Source of the DNA: an uncultured delta proteobacterium
Lineage (GTDB): Bacteria; Desulfobacterota; RBG-13-43-22
Length of the DNA: 10,434 nt
Assembly (NCBI GenBank): GCA_963802945.1
Contig: CAWDKY010000068.1
Coordinates: 1 to 10,434 of the forward strand
Reading direction: 5' to 3'
Every line of letters starts with the position of its first letter. Within the stretch, counting starts at the first letter, position 1. This document shows positions 7,232 through 10,434 of this stretch, one piece after another. A program made the translations under genes and the position numbers. A model generated the notes under the pieces. That model had not been told where the DNA came from. It saw nothing but the letters and a program-made list of their open reading frames with translations, and made no database searches.

Positions 7232-9147
7232 TTGGAAAAAACATTTTATGTGACCACCCCTATTTATTATGTCAATGCCGAACCGCACATCGGACACGCC
7301 TATAGCACCATTGTGGCCGATACCTTGAAACGGTTTTATCAATGCCTGGGATATACTACCCGATTCCAGACCGGAACCGATGAACATGGAGAGAAAGTGG
7401 TCCAGGCCGCCCAAAAAGAAGGGCTGGAACCGAAAGAGTATGCCGATCGAATCAGCGATTCTTTTCGCCGAATCTGGCCTGATTTAAATATTCATCCCGA
7501 CCGTTTTATCCGGACCACCGAGGCCGATCATATCCGGGTAGTGACCTATATCTTGAACAAGGTTTATGCGGGTGGAGATATTTATTTCAGCGAATATGAA
7601 GGCCAGTATTGCCTGGGCTGTGAACGTTTTTATACCGAAAGGGAACTGGTGGACGGCTTATGTCCTGACCACCAAGCCAAGCCCACCCTGGTCAAAGAGG
7701 CCAATTATTTCTTTCGAATGAGCGCCTATCAGGACTGGTTGATCGATCATATCCAAAAAAATCCTGATTTTATCCGGCCGGAACGATACCGGAATGAGGT
7801 CCTTTCATTTTTAAACGAACCCCTGGAAGACCTATGCATTTCCAGGCCTAAATCCCGGCTGACCTGGGGGATCCCTCTTCCTTTTGACGCCAATTATGTA
7901 ACCTATGTCTGGTTTGATGCCCTGATCAATTATCTCACCGGTTTGGATTACCCGGAAGGAAACTTGTTTCCCCGGTTCTGGCCCTCTGTTCAACATATTA
8001 TTGCCAAAGACATATTAAAACCCCATGGAATTTATTGGCCCACCATGCTCAAGGCTGCCGGGGTGGAACCCTATCAGCATTTAAATGTTCATGGCTATTG
8101 GAACATAGAGCAGACCAAGATCTCCAAAACATTGGGCAATGTTATCCGGCCAAAAGCATTAATCGACCGCTTCGGAACCGATGCGGTTCGATATTTTTTG
8201 CTGCGGGAAATGGTTTTTGGTCTGGATGCCCATTTCAGTGAAGAGGCCATGATCCAGCGGATCAATGCCGATCTGGCCAACAACCTCGGCAATTGTTTCA
8301 GCCGCAGCCTGACCATGATCGAAAAATATTGCTGAAGGGAAAGTTCCCGAACCGGAAGAGGTGGGGCCGGCAGAAGAAGACGCTGAAGGATCTTACCCGC
8401 CAGGTGCAGGAAACAGTCAAGCTGGAGACCCAGAGGCTTGTTTTTCATAAGGCCTTGATGTCTCTTTGGGAATTAATTGATGAACTCAATAAATATATTG
8501 ACACGCAGGCCCCTTGGGCCTTGGCCAAAGACCCGGAGAAAAAACCGAGATTGATGACGGTCTTGTATACCCTGGCTGAAACTTTACGGCAGATTTCCCT
8601 CCTCCTTTTCCCATTTATGCCCCAAACTTCAATCCAGATGAGACAGCAACTGGGAATGGGGATAAAAGAAGGTGCACCGATATGGTCAGAGACCATGACC
8701 TGGGGAAGTTTTCCCTCAGGAACGCAGATCCGGAAAGGCCCTGCCCTTTTCCCTCGTATAGAAAAAGGAATAACCAAAATGAATTCTATAACCCAGAACC
8801 AAAAAGCGGCATTGGTTTCAAGCTTGACGGCCTTACCCTTTGAAGAATTTCAAAAATGGGATTTGCGGGTGGCTAAAGTCCTTAAGGCCGAAAGGGTGCC
8901 CAAGTCGAAGAAGCTTTTGAAAATAGAAATAGATCTCGGAGAAAAAAGGACCCTGGTCGCCGGCATCGGCCAGGATTACACCCCGGAAGGTTTGACGGGA
9001 AAAGAGATCGTTGTAGTGGCCAATTTAGAGCCGACCAAACTTATGGGAGTGGAATCCCAGGCCATGCTCCTGGCAGCCCGGGATGAAAAAGGCTTAAAGC
9101 TGATCGTCCCCGACGGTGAAATCTTGCCGGGGACCAAGGTAAAATAG
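7232..9147 (+). CDS. metG: Methionine--tRNA ligase with C-terminal tRNA-binding (Trbp111/CsaA-like) domain; two apparent +1 frameshifts at about 8333 and 8370-8380
   Basis: TTG start. FYVTTPIYYVNAEPHIGHAY (HIGH), GTDEHGEK, FIRTT, CLGC...CPDH zinc knuckle, WGIP, YVWFDALINY, KDI, KISKT (KMSKS equivalent), NADLANNLGN, NKYIDTQAPWAL, DLRVAKV...ANLEPTKLMGVESQAMLL. A third frame at 8334-8378 reads EGKVPEPEEVGPAEE and bridges the two listed ORFs. Confidence 0.97.
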
Positions 9148-9148
9148 T

Positions 9149-10309
9149 TTGTCCTGGGAAGAGGAAGTCTCCCGCTGTATCAAATGCGGGACCTGTCTTT
9201 CCGTTTGTCCTATTTATTTGGAAATGAGCCAGGAAACCTGGGTGGCCAGGGGTAAGATGGCCCTCCTTTCCGGCTATCTCTCCGATTCTCTGCCAGCCGA
9301 TCGAAGGTTATACGAATTGTTGAGTCATTGTCTTCTCTGCGGGGCCTGCACTGAAAATTGTCCCAGCGGGGTGAAGGCTGATCATCTGATCCAGCAAGGG
9401 CGGAGTGTGTTAATAGAAAAGGTCGGGGCGGCCAAATGGAAAAAATTCTTGGCCCGGGAAATTTTGCCCTTTCCGAATCGTCTGAAAACTTTTCGAAGGG
9501 GCCAACGTCTGTTATTTAAAAAGATTCCCGATGAAAGAGGATTAAAACTTCGTTTGGCCTCCGTTCCCAGCCTATGGCCGGCCCTGGCTCAACCTTTTTT
9601 TCTGGATCGAAAAACCGTTCCGATCCATCCATATCCGCTCCCATCGCTTACTATCGGTTATTTTGTAGGTTGTACAACCAATTACCTTTTTCCGGAAGTG
9701 GGAGAGGCCTCCCTGAAACTCATCAGCCCCATGGGAAACGTAATCCTTCCTGCAAAACAGACCTGTTGCGGACTTCCGGCTTTCAGCCTGGGCGATATCA
9801 AAACAGCCAGAGACCTGGCCCGGAAAAATGTTCTGGCCTTCTCCGATGATCAATGGGATGCCATAGTAGTAGCCTGTTCTTCCTGTGCCGCCCATATCAA
9901 GACGGAATACACTTCATTGCTGGCGGATGATATGGCTCTGATGCCTAAGGTAAAAGAATTTGTTCTGAAAGTGGAGGAGCTGAGTCAATTTCTTATAAAA
10001 CAGAATATCAGCCTCTCCCTTACTCCGGCCCCTCAAATCGTAGCCATCCATGATCCCTGTCATGCCAAAAGGAAGCTCAAGATTTTCAACGAACCACGAA
10101 AGCTTTTAAAGGCTATTCCCGGCCTTTCTCTTGTGGAACTGAAAGGTGATCGTTGCTGCGGCCACGGGGGCTTATTCAACCTCAGTCATCCGGATCTTTC
10201 CCAGACCGGCAGTTTGGCTGCGCCGCCCGGCTTCCCATGCCCCCTCATAATGGACCCCACCTGGGGCTTGGCGCCTACGCCGAAACCCTCCGTCTCTTCG
10301 AACGGTTGA
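9149..10309 (+). CDS. (Fe-S)-binding protein, GlcF-like (2x[4Fe-4S] ferredoxin plus CCG domains); family-like only to about 10204, C-terminus replaced
   Basis: TTG start 1 nt after the metG stop. CIKCGTCLSVCP and CLLCGACTENCP, YFVGC, QTCCGLP, ACSSC, HDPCH, RCCGHGGLFN. The closing CxxC and H-x-x-E-L-L type end of the second CCG domain is absent, and the last ~34 aa are Pro-rich and do not resemble the family. Confidence 0.88.
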   Translation: MSWEEEVSRCIKCGTCLSVCPIYLEMSQETWVARGKMALLSGYLSDSLPADRRLYELLSHCLLCGACTENCPSGVKADHLIQQGRSVLIEKVGAAKWKKFLAREILPFPNRLKTFRRGQRLLFKKIPDERGLKLRLASVPSLWPALAQPFFLDRKTVPIHPYPLPSLTIGYFVGCTTNYLFPEVGEASLKLISPMGNVILPAKQTCCGLPAFSLGDIKTARDLARKNVLAFSDDQWDAIVVACSSCAAHIKTEYTSLLADDMALMPKVKEFVLKVEELSQFLIKQNISLSLTPAPQIVAIHDPCHAKRKLKIFNEPRKLLKAIPGLSLVELKGDRCCGHGGLFNLSHPDLSQTGSLAAPPGFPCPLIMDPTWGLAPTPKPSVSSNG

Positions 10310-10434
10310 AGATACCCGCCGCTTTCCGATGGGTCAGCCCCTTGGAAAACTGTTTGGGCCTTTCCGGGCGGAAGACAGGTTTCTTTACGAGCGGCGAAAC
10401 TTCCGGCACCCCTCCACTTGGCGGCAGGCCTCCT
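10205..10434 (+). other. Internal fragment of an HpnE-like (hydroxysqualene dehydroxylase / amine-oxidase fold) FAD oxidoreductase gene, frameshifted, running off the window end
   Basis: The frame at 10249-10347 reads NGPHLGLGAYAETLRLFERLKIPAAFRWVSPLE. After a +1 shift in the A run at 10346-49 it reads TVWAFPGGRQVSLRAAKLPAPLHLAAGL. This resembles the DNGQH-x-LLGAY-xx-TL and LPAPLHL-x-AGLL segments I recall from HpnE-family proteins. No start codon or GxGxxG FAD-binding N-terminus is present. Left boundary is approximate. Confidence 0.7.

Noticed and set aside
8330-8335. TGC-TGA in metG as Cys-Sec
   Set aside because: Reading through in the same frame does not restore MetRS-like sequence. Similarity continues in a different frame.
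8293-9147. A separate 284-aa MetRS beta or tRNA-binding gene
   Set aside because: The start overlaps conserved sequence of the first ORF, its first ~30 aa are out-of-frame sequence, and the break falls inside the anticodon-binding domain rather than at a domain boundary.
5802-9895. Other short ORFs (5802-6026, 6578-6880, 6726-6968, 7184-7414, 8035-8241, 8095-8448, 8445-8777, 9572-9895, 9574-9849)
   Set aside because: All overlap tspO, ricT, metG or the Fe-S gene and have no independent coding signal.
10205-10309. The Pro-rich tail TGSLAAPPGFPCP...SSNG as a novel C-terminal domain, or an IS end at this point
   Set aside because: It is better explained as mostly off-frame translation of the HpnE-like fragment. 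No transposase-like peptide or terminal repeat is visible.

Overview
Bacterial chromosomal segment, roughly 45-50% GC. Gene content and style suggest a Desulfobacterota/deltaproteobacterium, but that is inference. In order: a Liv/HAAT-type ABC importer operon on + (binding protein, LivH, LivM, LivG, LivF; 274-5288); a convergent tspO gene on - (5567-6037); then a tightly packed + operon of PSP1/RicT(YaaT), metG and a GlcF-like 2x[4Fe-4S]/CCG-domain protein (about 6367-10309). livH, ricT and the normally essential metG carry at least seven single-base frameshifts, which most likely reflect sequencing or assembly indels. The most unusual signal is at about 10205. There the Fe-S gene loses its expected C-terminus, GC steps from about 47% to about 63%, and the sequence becomes an internal fragment of an HpnE-like FAD oxidoreductase that the ORF track misses. 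This is probably a chimeric junction. I cannot support a clearly new biological system here. The best leads are regulatory (a triple-AAGGAGG leader, intergenic RNA structures) and the ricT-metG-Fe/S coupling.
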